A stretch of DNA of 64,000 bases from Cyanobacteriota bacterium (GTDB taxonomy: Bacteria > Cyanobacteriota > Cyanobacteriia > Thermostichales > Thermostichaceae), in the NCBI GenBank assembly GCA_033764955.1, contig JANRIL010000005.1, positions 96,001 through 160,000 on the forward strand. The letters run 5' to 3'. The notes under the pieces were generated by a model. The model did not search any database and had not been told where the DNA came from. It saw only the letters and a program-made list of their open reading frames with translations. Within the stretch, counting starts at the first letter, position 1; each line of letters begins with the position of its first letter. Positions 40,512-51,033 of the stretch are shown here, in pieces. Position numbers and translations under genes: made by a program.

Positions 40512-42950
40512 ATGCGGATTTCTTTGAAATGGTTGCAGGAATTGGTGGATTTTGACCTCTCTCCGGTCGAGTTAGCAGAAGCACTGACGCTGGCTGGTTT
40601 TGAAGTGGAGGATATTGAGGATCGGCGCACCTGGGCGGATGGGGTGATCGTCGGCCAGATCCTACAAACTCAGCCTCACCCGAACGCCGATCGCTTGCAG
40701 GTTTGTCAGGTGGATGTAGGGCAGGGGGATCCCCTCACGATTGTCTGTGGAGCCGCTAATGCCCGTGCCGGATTGACGGTGGCGGTGGCGGTGCCCGGAA
40801 CTCACTTGCCCGCTTTGGGGGTAACCATCACGCAGGCGGACAAGCGAGGCGTCACGTCGGCGGGGATGATCTGTTCGTTGGCGGAGTTGGGATTAGCCAA
40901 ATCTTCGGAAGGGATCCATGAGTTTGCCGAAGCCTATCGCCTGGGCAGTGATGTCAGACCCCTTTTAGGACTGGATGACGTGGTGCTGGATTTAACCTCT
41001 ACTGCTAACCGCGCCGATGCCCTCAGCATGGTGGGGATTGCCCGTGAAGTGGCGGCACTCACCCGTAATCCTGTGCGGTTGCCCAACGTTAGTCCCCTCA
41101 GCAGCAAAGGGATCCCGACATGCAAGCTAGCCATTGCCGATGCCCAGGCTTGTCCTGCCTACAGCGGTGTTTTGATCCGTGGCGTCACGATTGGTGCTTC
41201 CCCCGACTGGTTGAGGCAACGTCTGGAGGCGGCGGGAACCCGTTCCATCAATAATGTGGTGGATATCACCAACTTGATTTTGTTGGAGTGGGGACAACCG
41301 CTGCATGCCTTTGATTGGCAAAAGCTGCAAGCCGTCATGGGATCCCACCAAGAGGTGGGGGTGCGTCTAGCTCGGGTGGGGGAAAGCCTAAAAACTCTCG
41401 ATGGTAAGGAGCGCCCTTTACAGCCGGAAAACCTCTTGATCACCGCCGCTGATCAGCCCGTCGCCCTGGCAGGCGTGATGGGGGGTGAAGATACGGAAGT
41501 GAACGAACAAACTCAGGATATTTTTCTGGAAGCCGCTTTGTTCGATCCCGTGGTGATCCGCCGTTCAGCTCGTGCCCAAGGGTTACGCACCGAGGCTTCG
41601 GCTCGTTATGAGCGGGGGGTAGATTTTTCCGCCTTAGATAGAGCGCGGGATCGAGCTGTTCAGATGATTCAGCAACTGGCGGGGGGATCCTTGGTCGGAC
41701 AAACCACCGTTGACCAGCGCCCCTCCCCAGAACGGCAAATCCAACTGCGGCTGTCCCGTTTGATCGATATCTTGGGCGATGATGTCAGGGCTGAGGATGT
41801 GGAAACGATTCTGCCCGCTTTAGGGTTTGTTATGTCCCCTTGCCACAAAGTGGAAACTCCTGCCAAAAAAGCGATGGCTGGACAGGAAAGTAGGACGACC
41901 GCTCAATGCGTTTGGGATGTTAGGGTGCCTGCCTATCGGCTGCGGGATATTGAGCGGGAAATCGATCTGATCGAGGAATTTGCCCGTCTCTACGGCTATG
42001 ATCACTTCTCCGAAACCCTCCCCCCCGAAACCCAGGTGGGATCCCTATCGCCACGGGAGCGCAGCCTCCGCCTGATCCGCGAAGCCTTTCGCAGCGTGGG
42101 TTTGACAGAACTGTTGAGCGTCTCCCTCTGTCCGGCAGAGAGCGGAGCAGAGGTGCTGATTAGCAACCCCCTGTCCCCAGAATTTTCGGCGGTGCGGAGT
42201 CAACTTTTACCCGGATTGCTCGAAGCCTTTCGCTACAACTGGGATCAAGGCAACGGCGCTTTGCTGGGGTTTGAAATTGGGCGGGTTTTTGCTAAGACCG
42301 AGCAGGGCTATCAAGAGGCGGATCATCTGGCGGGCATCTTGGGCGGGGATCCCTATGCCTTCGATTGGCAACATCAGCAACATCCCTACGATTGGTATGC
42401 GGCCAAGGGACTTTTGGTAGCGGCTCTGCAACGCTTAGGTTTAGCGTTTACCTTTGCTGCCGATGCCACCGATCCCCAGTTTCATCCCGGTCGCACCGCC
42501 CAACTTTTGTTGGCAGGAACCGCCTGTGGTCGTCTAGGGCAGCTCCACCCCCAGGTGCGGCAAGCTCACGGCTTACCGGATTCTGTCTTTGCCTTTGAGT
42601 TCAACCTAGATCCCCTGCTGACGGTTTTAGAAACCAAGGGGATCCCGCAGTTTCAGGCTTTTTCCACTTTCCCTTCCTCAGATCGAGATATCGCCTTTTT
42701 CGCGCCTCAGGGGATCCCGGTAGCTCGTCTGGAGGAGGCGATTCGAGAGGCCGCTGGTCACCTCTTGGAGTCGGTACATTTATTTGATGAATACCGTGGC
42801 ACAGGCGTACCGGATCAGCAGCGTAGTCTAGCTTTCCGTTTGATTTATCGCGCCCCTGATCGCACCTTGACGGATGCGGAGGTGGAATCAGCCCAAAAAC
42901 AGGTGCGAGCCGCTCTGGAAAAGCAGTTTCAAGTCACCCTGCGGAGTTGA
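40512..42950 (+). CDS. pheT: phenylalanine--tRNA ligase beta subunit
   Basis: MRISLKWL, HPNADRL, IVCGA.N, GMICS..ELG, TANRAD, GQPLHAFD, DLIEE.ARLYGY and RDIAF. Confidence 0.97.
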   Translation: MRISLKWLQELVDFDLSPVELAEALTLAGFEVEDIEDRRTWADGVIVGQILQTQPHPNADRLQVCQVDVGQGDPLTIVCGAANARAGLTVAVAVPGTHLPALGVTITQADKRGVTSAGMICSLAELGLAKSSEGIHEFAEAYRLGSDVRPLLGLDDVVLDLTSTANRADALSMVGIAREVAALTRNPVRLPNVSPLSSKGIPTCKLAIADAQACPAYSGVLIRGVTIGASPDWLRQRLEAAGTRSINNVVDITNLILLEWGQPLHAFDWQKLQAVMGSHQEVGVRLARVGESLKTLDGKERPLQPENLLITAADQPVALAGVMGGEDTEVNEQTQDIFLEAALFDPVVIRRSARAQGLRTEASARYERGVDFSALDRARDRAVQMIQQLAGGSLVGQTTVDQRPSPERQIQLRLSRLIDILGDDVRAEDVETILPALGFVMSPCHKVETPAKKAMAGQESRTTAQCVWDVRVPAYRLRDIEREIDLIEEFARLYGYDHFSETLPPETQVGSLSPRERSLRLIREAFRSVGLTELLSVSLCPAESGAEVLISNPLSPEFSAVRSQLLPGLLEAFRYNWDQGNGALLGFEIGRVFAKTEQGYQEADHLAGILGGDPYAFDWQHQQHPYDWYAAKGLLVAALQRLGLAFTFAADATDPQFHPGRTAQLLLAGTACGRLGQLHPQVRQAHGLPDSVFAFEFNLDPLLTVLETKGIPQFQAFSTFPSSDRDIAFFAPQGIPVARLEEAIREAAGHLLESVHLFDEYRGTGVPDQQRSLAFRLIYRAPDRTLTDAEVESAQKQVRAALEKQFQVTLRS

Positions 42951-43290
42951 TCCCGTTGTTCAGCAGGTAAAATACACGCTACAGACTGCCTAATAATAAT
43001 GTGACAAACCGTAGTCCAGCAAAAGCAGTGGATGTGCTGGCATCGATTCTGGTTTTTCCCAGCAAATCAACACAGGTTCCTTGATGCATTGCACAAGTGT
43101 TGAATTTTAAGATTTTGAGGATTGCTGGCAAGTTATGCGTTGGGTTCAGCGATACAGAATCCATCTTGCTATTGATGCTATTCTCAATAAATTGACTTGG
43201 ATTCTCAGCTTTGCTCCAGGAAAGGTAAAGGTTTACCATTATGGTTCGACACTTTTGGATTTGCAGGTAAAGCAAAGTAAGAAGCTGTTT

Positions 43291-44241
43291 CTAAAGATAG
43301 GCATCTAAAATTTGATGAAGGGACTGAAAGCGTGACGATAACCCAAAGGAGTTGGCATCAACAGTTTGATATACAAAATGGCGATGTTGAATGCAATAGC
43401 GATCCCATTCAGATAGCTCAACCCGTAACAACCAGGCAATTGAAGTTAACCAATCAATAGGTAACGGGATCCGAAAATAAATACGCTTTTTGAAAAAGGC
43501 ACAAACCTGTTCAATTGATTGATTGAGGGTGAGGGGAGGATTACCCAAGACCAAATCGGACTGAGCTATCGGCTGCTCTAGCAAATAGGCCACCATGTTG
43601 GCGATATCTTCGGCATGAATAAAGTGAAAACTGGCGGATAGTTGTAAAAATCGCAGCAGATCTAGCCAACGAATCACATCTTTGAGTCCGGCGGTGATAT
43701 GGGAGTAGGGATGAAGGGCGCTGCCACCAAAAAGCAGGGTGGGATAGAGGGTGATCATGCGATCAACAAGAGCCACCTCAGAGCGGCGCATCAACATTTC
43801 ATACTTGCTTTGGATATAGGCAGTCCCCGAGCGTCCGGCTATGGCAAGGGGTTGATTATAGGGGTTGAGCAGGCTAGCAGTCGAAAAATAGAGAATTTTT
43901 TGGCAAACGGAGGGATCCAATCGTTGAAAAAGGCGGAGGGTTTGTCGGACATTGATAGCTTCTGCCATCGCTGCATCCCCCCAAGCGGCGGCTAGGTGAA
44001 TCACTCCCTGCATTTGGCTCAGGAGATCGGCATGATCATCAATCTGGAGGAGATCCCCCTCTAGTATGGTGATGGCTGCTGTGGCGGGAATTGGCCAGCG
44101 CAGTTTGCGGGGATCCCTGACCAAAACATACAGGTGATAGGCTGGCTGAGAGGGATCGGTGGGGTCAGTGGAACGCGCCAGCCGCTCCAAAACGTAGTGA
44201 CCGACACAGCCGCTAGCTCCAGTGATAAAAATACTCTGCAA
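43291..44241 (-). CDS. NAD(P)-dependent epimerase/dehydratase family protein
   Basis: ITGASGCVG, Y..SK and FHFIHAEDIA. Confidence 0.88.
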   Translation of the reverse strand: MQSIFITGASGCVGHYVLERLARSTDPTDPSQPAYHLYVLVRDPRKLRWPIPATAAITILEGDLLQIDDHADLLSQMQGVIHLAAAWGDAAMAEAINVRQTLRLFQRLDPSVCQKILYFSTASLLNPYNQPLAIAGRSGTAYIQSKYEMLMRRSEVALVDRMITLYPTLLFGGSALHPYSHITAGLKDVIRWLDLLRFLQLSASFHFIHAEDIANMVAYLLEQPIAQSDLVLGNPPLTLNQSIEQVCAFFKKRIYFRIPLPIDWLTSIAWLLRVELSEWDRYCIQHRHFVYQTVDANSFGLSSRFQSLHQILDAYL

Positions 44242-44441
44242 GGGCTACGGTTATCCAGTGAACACATGATTTGATTAGTGTACCGCCTTGCTTGCTTTCG
44301 CTAAAGTCAAGCGAGCGTTGATTCGGGTGCGAATAGTGCTCACTCTGGCCGATATTCGGGTTCGTTTGTGGTTATTCTGGGAAATACTTCTTTGTCCCCC
44401 CTCCATTTTTTTTGGTTGTGACGGCTGATTCCTCTGGTTCT

Positions 44442-45443
44442 TGGATGGGTTCATGGCGGTCGGCTCCCTGGCTGGGGTTGGTGGTGCGCCGTTTGTTGCA
44501 GACGATTCCGGTCTTGCTGCTCATCTCTTTGCTGAGTTTTTTGCTGATTAAGTTAGCTCCCGGTGACTTTTTGGATGCGTTGCGTGCGGATCCTTCCGTC
44601 AGTCAGGAGTTTATTGCCCAAGAGGAGGCGCGCTTGGGGTTAGACAAACCCTGGTGGCAGCAGTATCTGATCTGGTTGTCCCATCTGATGGTGGGGGATC
44701 TGGGCAGTAGTTATACTTATCGGATTCCTGTTTTAGGGCTGATTGGATCCCGTGCAGGGGCAACGTTGTTGCTGTCGCTGGCTTCTCTCTTGCTCACCTG
44801 GATGATCGCGATTCCGTTGGGAATTTTGAGCGCGACTCGTCAGCATAGCTGGGTGGATCGGTTGCTGCAACTGTTCAGCTATATCGGCCAATCCATGCCC
44901 AGTTTTGTGCTAGCGATTCTTTTGCTGTTTGTGGCGCAGCAGGTGGCTAGCTTGCCGGTCGGGGGAATGACCAGTATTAACTTTGCTGATCTGCCCCCCT
45001 GGCAACAGGTGGTGGATCTGGGTCGCCATTTGCTCTTGCCTGCCCTAGCCCTCAGCATCACGAGCTTTGCTGGATTGCAACGAATTATCCGAGGCAGTTT
45101 TTTGGATGTGATTCGCCAGGATTATATTACGGCGGCTAGGGCGCGCGGCTTGTCAGAGGGACGGGTGATTTGGATCCATGCCCTCCGCAACGCTATCAAC
45201 CCGCTGATCACCATCTTGGGCTTTGAATTTGCCAGTCTGTTGAGTGGATCGTTTATTGCTGAGTTTTTCTTTAACTGGCCTGGGTTGGGCAAGCTGATTC
45301 TGGAAGCCGTGCAAAGCTATGACATCAATGTGGTGATGGCGAGTCTGTTGTTGGGATCCCTGATGCTGATGCTGGGCAATTTGCTGGCGGATCTGATGCT
45401 GCAAGTGGTGGATCCGCGGATTCAACTGGATCGGCTGGAGTGA
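44442..45443 (+). CDS. peptide/nickel ABC permease (OppB/DppB family)
   Basis: APGD, GLDKP..QY..W, GDLG.S, QDYITAARARGL, HALRNA and F.WPGLG. Confidence 0.92.
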   Translation, partial: WMGSWRSAPWLGLVVRRLLQTIPVLLLISLLSFLLIKLAPGDFLDALRADPSVSQEFIAQEEARLGLDKPWWQQYLIWLSHLMVGDLGSSYTYRIPVLGLIGSRAGATLLLSLASLLLTWMIAIPLGILSATRQHSWVDRLLQLFSYIGQSMPSFVLAILLLFVAQQVASLPVGGMTSINFADLPPWQQVVDLGRHLLLPALALSITSFAGLQRIIRGSFLDVIRQDYITAARARGLSEGRVIWIHALRNAINPLITILGFEFASLLSGSFIAEFFFNWPGLGKLILEAVQSYDINVVMASLLLGSLMLMLGNLLADLMLQVVDPRIQLDRLE

Positions 45444-45450
45444 AAGTGGT

Positions 45451-45963
45451 TCAGCCCAGGCGGCGGGCTTGCAGATGGCTGAAGTGATATTCGACCGAGC
45501 CATTTTCCAGGTTGTTTTCGGGGGAGGTTAAGCCCCGTCGTACCAATTCCCGAAAGGCGTTTTCGATATCATCAAAATCGGCATTCACCTGAATAATCGC
45601 TTGCGAAACCGTCAGGATCCCTTGGTTGTCTTGAGCCAGCCGCATGATCTCTCGCATCAGGGCTTGCCCTTTGAGGGGGCGGGGCGGGTTGGGCAGGGGC
45701 GGGTTGGCAGGGGTGGGGGGCGGGGATCCGTAGAGGAGGCGTTGTTTGAGGTTAAATTCCTCTACCATGCCAGGGATAAAGAACAGATCCAGCAGTTGCC
45801 CGATAAATAGCCAGCCTAGGGTGAAAAACCACAGAAGGCCGCTTCCGGTTTTTCCGGCATAAAGGCGGTGGATGCCACTAAACCCGAAAAAGCCCAAACA
45901 CCAGAGGGCGTAAGCCATGCCGACGGAGCGTTGGGGAACCGTAACCAGATAGCGTGACTCCAT
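45451..45963 (-). CDS. TM2-domain membrane protein with C-terminal helical domain
   Basis: AYALW..GFFGFSGIHRLYAGK..SGLLWFFTLG...IGQLLDL. Confidence 0.85.
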   Translation of the reverse strand: MESRYLVTVPQRSVGMAYALWCLGFFGFSGIHRLYAGKTGSGLLWFFTLGWLFIGQLLDLFFIPGMVEEFNLKQRLLYGSPPPTPANPPLPNPPRPLKGQALMREIMRLAQDNQGILTVSQAIIQVNADFDDIENAFRELVRRGLTSPENNLENGSVEYHFSHLQARRLG

Positions 45964-46252
45964 GATGGACAACCCTGACCAAACTCCTCCTTCATCCTAT
46001 TTTAGGCAAGGGATCCCTGCCCATAAGCAAGTGTTCCGTCCTGTTGACGCCTTACGGTTACCTATACTTACCATTCTCCCTGCTTCCCCAAAACCTTGAG
46101 GCCAGATAGGAACGGCACAAGCCACAATGGACGGAGAGGGATCCCGTTGAGGTTAGCGAAACGAACCGCATCCACCCTAAAATGGGCAGACCTGTTGCCG
46201 TTTGAAATTTTTGTCCCCGTCCTTTTGCTCTCCTTAACGAATTGTGATTGCT

Positions 46253-49216
46253 ATGGTTGCCCACCTTTCGCCCGCCCCCCTAGAAACCCAAACCCAAACG
46301 ATTGCCCGTCAATTATTGGCGGCCTGTAGTGAACCGCGTTCGTTTTTGGCTCAGATGCGGGATCACATGCGTTGGGATGACAAGTTGCTGGCCTGGGCGA
46401 TGGATAATCCCCACCTGCGGGTACAGATGTTTCGTCTGATTGACTGCCTGCCCGCCCTCCGCAGCAAAGCGGAGATAGCCCGTCATCTGCAAGAGTATTT
46501 GGGGGATGCCTCAGTAGAGTTACCCACCCTGCTGAAAAACCTGCTCAACTTTAGCCAACCGGACTCTCTGCCGGGGCAGTTAGCCGCCACCACCCTCGCC
46601 ACCGCCGTCGAAAGCTTAGCCCACCGCTACATTGCTGGGGAAACCTTCCAACAGATGGTGAAAACGCTGGAAACCCTGCGGAAAGACAAAATGACCTTCA
46701 CTGTTGATCTTTTGGGAGAAGCCGTGATCAGTGAGCAGGAGGCAACCTCCTACCTCCATCGTTACCTGGAATTGATGGAAAAACTTTCCGCCACCACTAA
46801 AAGCTGGGGATCCCCTCAGACTGGCTCAAGCGAGGGGGATCCGCCTGCCCAAGTCTCGGTGAAACTGACCGCTTTTTATTCCCAATTTGATCCCCTCGAT
46901 CCGGTGGGCAGTCAAGCCAAGGTGAGCGAGCGCATCCGCCTACTGTTGCGGCAGGCGGGTGAGTTGGGAGTGGGGGTGCATTTTGACATGGAGCAATATG
47001 TTTACAAAACCCTCACCCTGACTATTTTGAAAGCCATTTTGCGGGAGCCAGAATTTTGCCACCGTACCGATGTGGGCATCACCCTGCAAGCCTATCTGCG
47101 GGATAGCTATTCTGATCTGACGGATCTAGTTGCCTGGGCGAAAGAGCGGGGGCAACCGGTGACGGTGCGGTTAGTGAAAGGAGCCTATTGGGATCAAGAA
47201 ACCATCAAGTCCCGCCAAAAACACTGGCCATCACCGGTCTATCACCAGAAAGCCGCCACCGACCTCAACTTTGAGGCCATGACTCAGTTGCTACTGGAGA
47301 ACCATGCCTATCTTTATGCCGCGATTGGCAGTCACAACGTTCGCTCCCAGGCCAAAGCCATTGCCCTCGCCGAAAGCTTGCAGGTGCCCAAGCGGGCTTT
47401 TGAAATGCAGGTTCTCTACGGTATGGCGGACAAACTAGCCAAAGCTCTGGCACAAAAGGGCTATCGGGTCAGAGTTTATTGTCCCTATGGGGATCTCATC
47501 CCTGGCATGGCTTATCTGATCCGCCGTCTTTTGGAAAATACAGCCAATAGTTCCTTTTTGCGGCAAAGCCTTGGAGATCTGCCGACTGAGCAACTGCTTG
47601 CTCCTCCCACCCTAATGGCGGAGGGATCCCCCGCCCCTCCCTCAGGCTTTGTGGGGGTGCCGGATACTGACTTTAGTGCAGCGCAACAGCGGGATCCCTT
47701 TCAGCAGGCGCTGCAAACTGTAGGATCCCAGTTGGGACGCACTTATTGGCCAATCATTGCCGGACAAGCCAGCCCAACCCCAACCCTGTTTGCCTCCGTC
47801 AACCCCTCTCGACCGCAGGAGGTGGTGGGCAACGTTGGCCTAGCCAGCCTGGAACAAGCCCAACAAGCCCTAGCGGCAGCCAAAACCGCCTTTCCCGCCT
47901 GGAAACGCACCCCTGCCCCACAACGGGTAGCCATTCTCCGCCGCGCTGGGGAGCTGATGCAACAACGGCGAGCTATGCTATCGGCTTGGATGGTGGTGGA
48001 AACCGGCAAACCACTCCGTGAGGCGGATGCCGAAGTTTCCGAGGCTATTGATTTTTGTTTCTACTACGCCGATGAAATGGAGCGATTGGATCGCGGCTAT
48101 CGCTATGATGTGGCGGGCGAAACCGACCGCTATCGCTATCAGCCGCGTGGTCTGGCTCTGGTCATCTCTCCCTGGAATTTTTCTTTGGCCATTCCGACGG
48201 GGATGACGGTGGCTGCTTTGGTGGCGGGCAATTGCACCATCCTCAAACCTGCCGAAGTCTCCTCAGTGGTGGCAGCTCAACTGGCTGCTATTTTGATGGA
48301 GGCAGGCTTTCCGGCGGGGGTATTCCAATATCTGCCCTGTCAGGGATCCAGCGTTGGCGCTTTTATGGTCAACCATCCCGATGTTCACCTGATTGCCTTT
48401 ACGGGATCCCAGGAGGTGGGCTGTCGTATCTATGCGGCGGCGGCTGGGGTGCAGCCGGGACAAACCCATCTGAAGCGGGTAATCGCGGAGATGGGGGGCA
48501 AAAACGCCATCATTGTGGATGAATCCGCTGACCTCGATCAAGCGGTGGCGGGGGTCGTGTATTCCGCCTTTGGCTATAGCGGTCAAAAGTGCTCCGCTTG
48601 CTCTAGGGTGATCGTCCTAGACAGCATTTATGACGGATTTGTTGAGCGCTTGGTGGAGGCAACCCGCTCCTTGAATGTGGGAGCCGCCGATCTGCCCAGC
48701 ACGCAAGTGGGACCGGTGATCGACGCCCATGCCCAGGCCCGCATCCTCGACCTGATCGAAAAAGCTAAGCAGGAGGCTGAGGTGGCTCTAGCTATGCCTG
48801 CCCCTGCCCCAGGATTTTTTGTGGGACCAACCATTTTCACCGAGGTTTCTCCCCAATCGCTGCTCGCCCAGGAAGAAATTTTTGGCCCGGTTTTAGCTGT
48901 CCTGCGTGCCAAAACCTTCAGCGAGGCTCTGCACATCGCCAACGATACCCGTTTTGCCCTAACTGGCGGGCTATATTCCCGCACCCCCTCCCACATCGCC
49001 CAAGCCCAAACGGAATTTGAAGTGGGCAATCTCTACATCAACCGGGGTATTACGGGTGCAATTGTGGCTCGTCAACCCTTTGGTGGCTTCAAAATGTCAG
49101 GGGTGGGATCCAAAGCCGGTGGCCCCGATTATCTGCTGCAATTTTTAGAGCCGCGTGTCATCACCGAAAATATTCAACGGCAGGGATTTGCTCCGATTGA
49201 GGGAGCAGAAAATTAG
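46253..49216 (+). CDS. putA: bifunctional proline dehydrogenase / P5C dehydrogenase
   Basis: DLLGE, FDME, RLVKGAYWD, SHN, YLIRRLLEN, ISPWNF, FTGS, EMGGKN, GQKCSAC and EEIFGP. Confidence 0.95.
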   Translation: MVAHLSPAPLETQTQTIARQLLAACSEPRSFLAQMRDHMRWDDKLLAWAMDNPHLRVQMFRLIDCLPALRSKAEIARHLQEYLGDASVELPTLLKNLLNFSQPDSLPGQLAATTLATAVESLAHRYIAGETFQQMVKTLETLRKDKMTFTVDLLGEAVISEQEATSYLHRYLELMEKLSATTKSWGSPQTGSSEGDPPAQVSVKLTAFYSQFDPLDPVGSQAKVSERIRLLLRQAGELGVGVHFDMEQYVYKTLTLTILKAILREPEFCHRTDVGITLQAYLRDSYSDLTDLVAWAKERGQPVTVRLVKGAYWDQETIKSRQKHWPSPVYHQKAATDLNFEAMTQLLLENHAYLYAAIGSHNVRSQAKAIALAESLQVPKRAFEMQVLYGMADKLAKALAQKGYRVRVYCPYGDLIPGMAYLIRRLLENTANSSFLRQSLGDLPTEQLLAPPTLMAEGSPAPPSGFVGVPDTDFSAAQQRDPFQQALQTVGSQLGRTYWPIIAGQASPTPTLFASVNPSRPQEVVGNVGLASLEQAQQALAAAKTAFPAWKRTPAPQRVAILRRAGELMQQRRAMLSAWMVVETGKPLREADAEVSEAIDFCFYYADEMERLDRGYRYDVAGETDRYRYQPRGLALVISPWNFSLAIPTGMTVAALVAGNCTILKPAEVSSVVAAQLAAILMEAGFPAGVFQYLPCQGSSVGAFMVNHPDVHLIAFTGSQEVGCRIYAAAAGVQPGQTHLKRVIAEMGGKNAIIVDESADLDQAVAGVVYSAFGYSGQKCSACSRVIVLDSIYDGFVERLVEATRSLNVGAADLPSTQVGPVIDAHAQARILDLIEKAKQEAEVALAMPAPAPGFFVGPTIFTEVSPQSLLAQEEIFGPVLAVLRAKTFSEALHIANDTRFALTGGLYSRTPSHIAQAQTEFEVGNLYINRGITGAIVARQPFGGFKMSGVGSKAGGPDYLLQFLEPRVITENIQRQGFAPIEGAEN

Positions 49217-49291
49217 GCAAAGGGATCCCTGGCTAACCCAAAGTCAGTGGGGGATCTGCCATGCAGGTATTGACGTTGGGATAGCTTCTGA

Positions 49292-49756
49292 CTGGGTTCT
49301 GTTGATCTTTGCATCTGAGCCAGAAGAAAGTACCCGCAAAATAGAGAAAACTTAAGAATCTCCTCGCCAACTTGTCAAAGCCAGAACATAGATGTTGATA
49401 CTGCCTCAGCTTATGGAAAAGGCATTCTATCAGATGCCTCCCCTTGCATAAGTGCTTGTCATTATCTCCCTCTACCCTTTTATTCTTTATTAGAGGGAAT
49501 AACGACCTGAGTTTCCCCCACTTGCTCAATTAATCTATTGGAATTATACCCTTTATCTCCGATCACTTTTGTGGATTCCTCTTGTCACCCATCATGCATT
49601 CCTCTGCTTGGTTAATATCATGCTTTCCCCCATCGGTGATTCTAAAAACTAGCAGATTCCCTAACCCCCTCGGCTTCTTCCCGTTTTTTCCTGCTGCACA
49701 GGAATGAGCACGAACTGTTGTCGAGTCAATAATCAGATGCTCCAAATCGGGATCCC
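49292..49756 (-). mobile_element. degenerate IS5-family transposase remnant (3' half with one end)
   Basis: DPDLEHLIIDSTTVRAH..AAG and RHLIECLFHKLRQY.....FDKLARRFLSF in broken frames. A terminus-like ...GATCAACAGAACCCAG lies near 49292. Confidence 0.82.
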
Positions 49757-49983
49757 CTTAAATTTACGATGCTGCTAGATTGTCCGCTATTTCTGCTCAT
49801 GCCAACCCTCCTGTTCGTTGACACTATTCTCAAGAAATGCGATCTACAGACGGATGAATCCCCTCAGGAATGTAAAGTTTTGCTACTGTCATTCAACGCT
49901 TCTGGAACCGACAATCATGGGATCCCCTTCTTAATGGCACAGGCTAAGCGCTACAGTGGGGAAAACTAGGAGACGCGGCGACA

Positions 49984-50847
49984 GTGGATGTGCTGAAAAG
50001 CATTTTCAATACCCCCCATCCCATCATTGGCGTAGTGCATTTATTGCCCCTACCGGGTTCTCCGCGTTGGGGAGGCAGTCTGGAGCCTGTGATTGCTCAA
50101 GCGGAACAGGAGGCTACGGCTCTGGCAGCAGGTGGGGTGCATGGCATGATTGTGGAGAATTATCACGATGCCCCCTTCAGTAAGCAGCAGGTGGATCCCG
50201 CCGTGGTGAGTGCCATGAGTGTTGTGGTGCAGCGCCTCAAAAATCTGGTGGCCTTGCCCATTGGCATCAACGTTTTACGCAATGATGGACATAGTGCCCT
50301 GGCGATTGCCGCCTGTGTAGGTGCCCAGTTTATCCGCGTGAATGTCTTATCCGGCAGTATGGTGACGGATCAAGGCACGATTGAGGGCGATGCCTACCAC
50401 CTCTTGCGCTATCGCCGTGCTTTGGGGGTAGATGTCAAAATCTTTGCCGATGTTTTGGTCAAGCACGCCCGTCCTCTGGGATCCCCTCACTTGCGGGATA
50501 TTGTGGCTGATACCATTGAACGCAGTCTGGCCGATGCCATTATTCTCTCCGGTTGGGCGACAGGACAACCTCCTTTGTTAGAAGATCTCGAAATTGCCCG
50601 CTCTGCTTCCCCCCACACTCCCCTGCTGATTGGTTCGGGCGCTACCCAGGAAAATATCGGGACTCTGATGCAGTGGGCGGACGGAGTGATCGTGGCATCT
50701 TCCCTCAAGCGCCCCAGCCGCAATCTGATATCTGGCGGAGAATCGTTTCAGGTGATTGATCCGATTCGAGTGCGACACTTTGTAGACTCTATGCATCGTC
50801 ACTCTCAAGCCCGACCCCTACCGCCGCCTGTTTTGGCCTCGAACTAA
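49984..50847 (+). CDS. btpA: photosystem I biogenesis protein BtpA
   Basis: IGVVHLLPLPGSP, ENY.DAPF, GINVLRND, FIRVN and ADVLVKH. Confidence 0.92.
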   Translation: MDVLKSIFNTPHPIIGVVHLLPLPGSPRWGGSLEPVIAQAEQEATALAAGGVHGMIVENYHDAPFSKQQVDPAVVSAMSVVVQRLKNLVALPIGINVLRNDGHSALAIAACVGAQFIRVNVLSGSMVTDQGTIEGDAYHLLRYRRALGVDVKIFADVLVKHARPLGSPHLRDIVADTIERSLADAIILSGWATGQPPLLEDLEIARSASPHTPLLIGSGATQENIGTLMQWADGVIVASSLKRPSRNLISGGESFQVIDPIRVRHFVDSMHRHSQARPLPPPVLASN

Positions 50848-51033
50848 CCGGCTTTCTTGTTGATGGCGGAGAAGGTGGTGAAGAATTTAGCTAACTCCAT
50901 CACGATCAGGCTTGTTTTTTCTTGGGTTGAGCAGATTAAAATCAAGGCAGCTTACTTAGCCACTGCCGAATACGGTATGGTTGGGTGTTAGCAATTTCTA
51001 GTTCCGGCTAGCCCTTCCTTTCTGCGAGCAATC

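Noticed and set aside
42979..43275. 98-aa ORF between pheT and the epimerase
   Set aside because: No motif, a weak start and composition typical of a spacer. Probably spurious.
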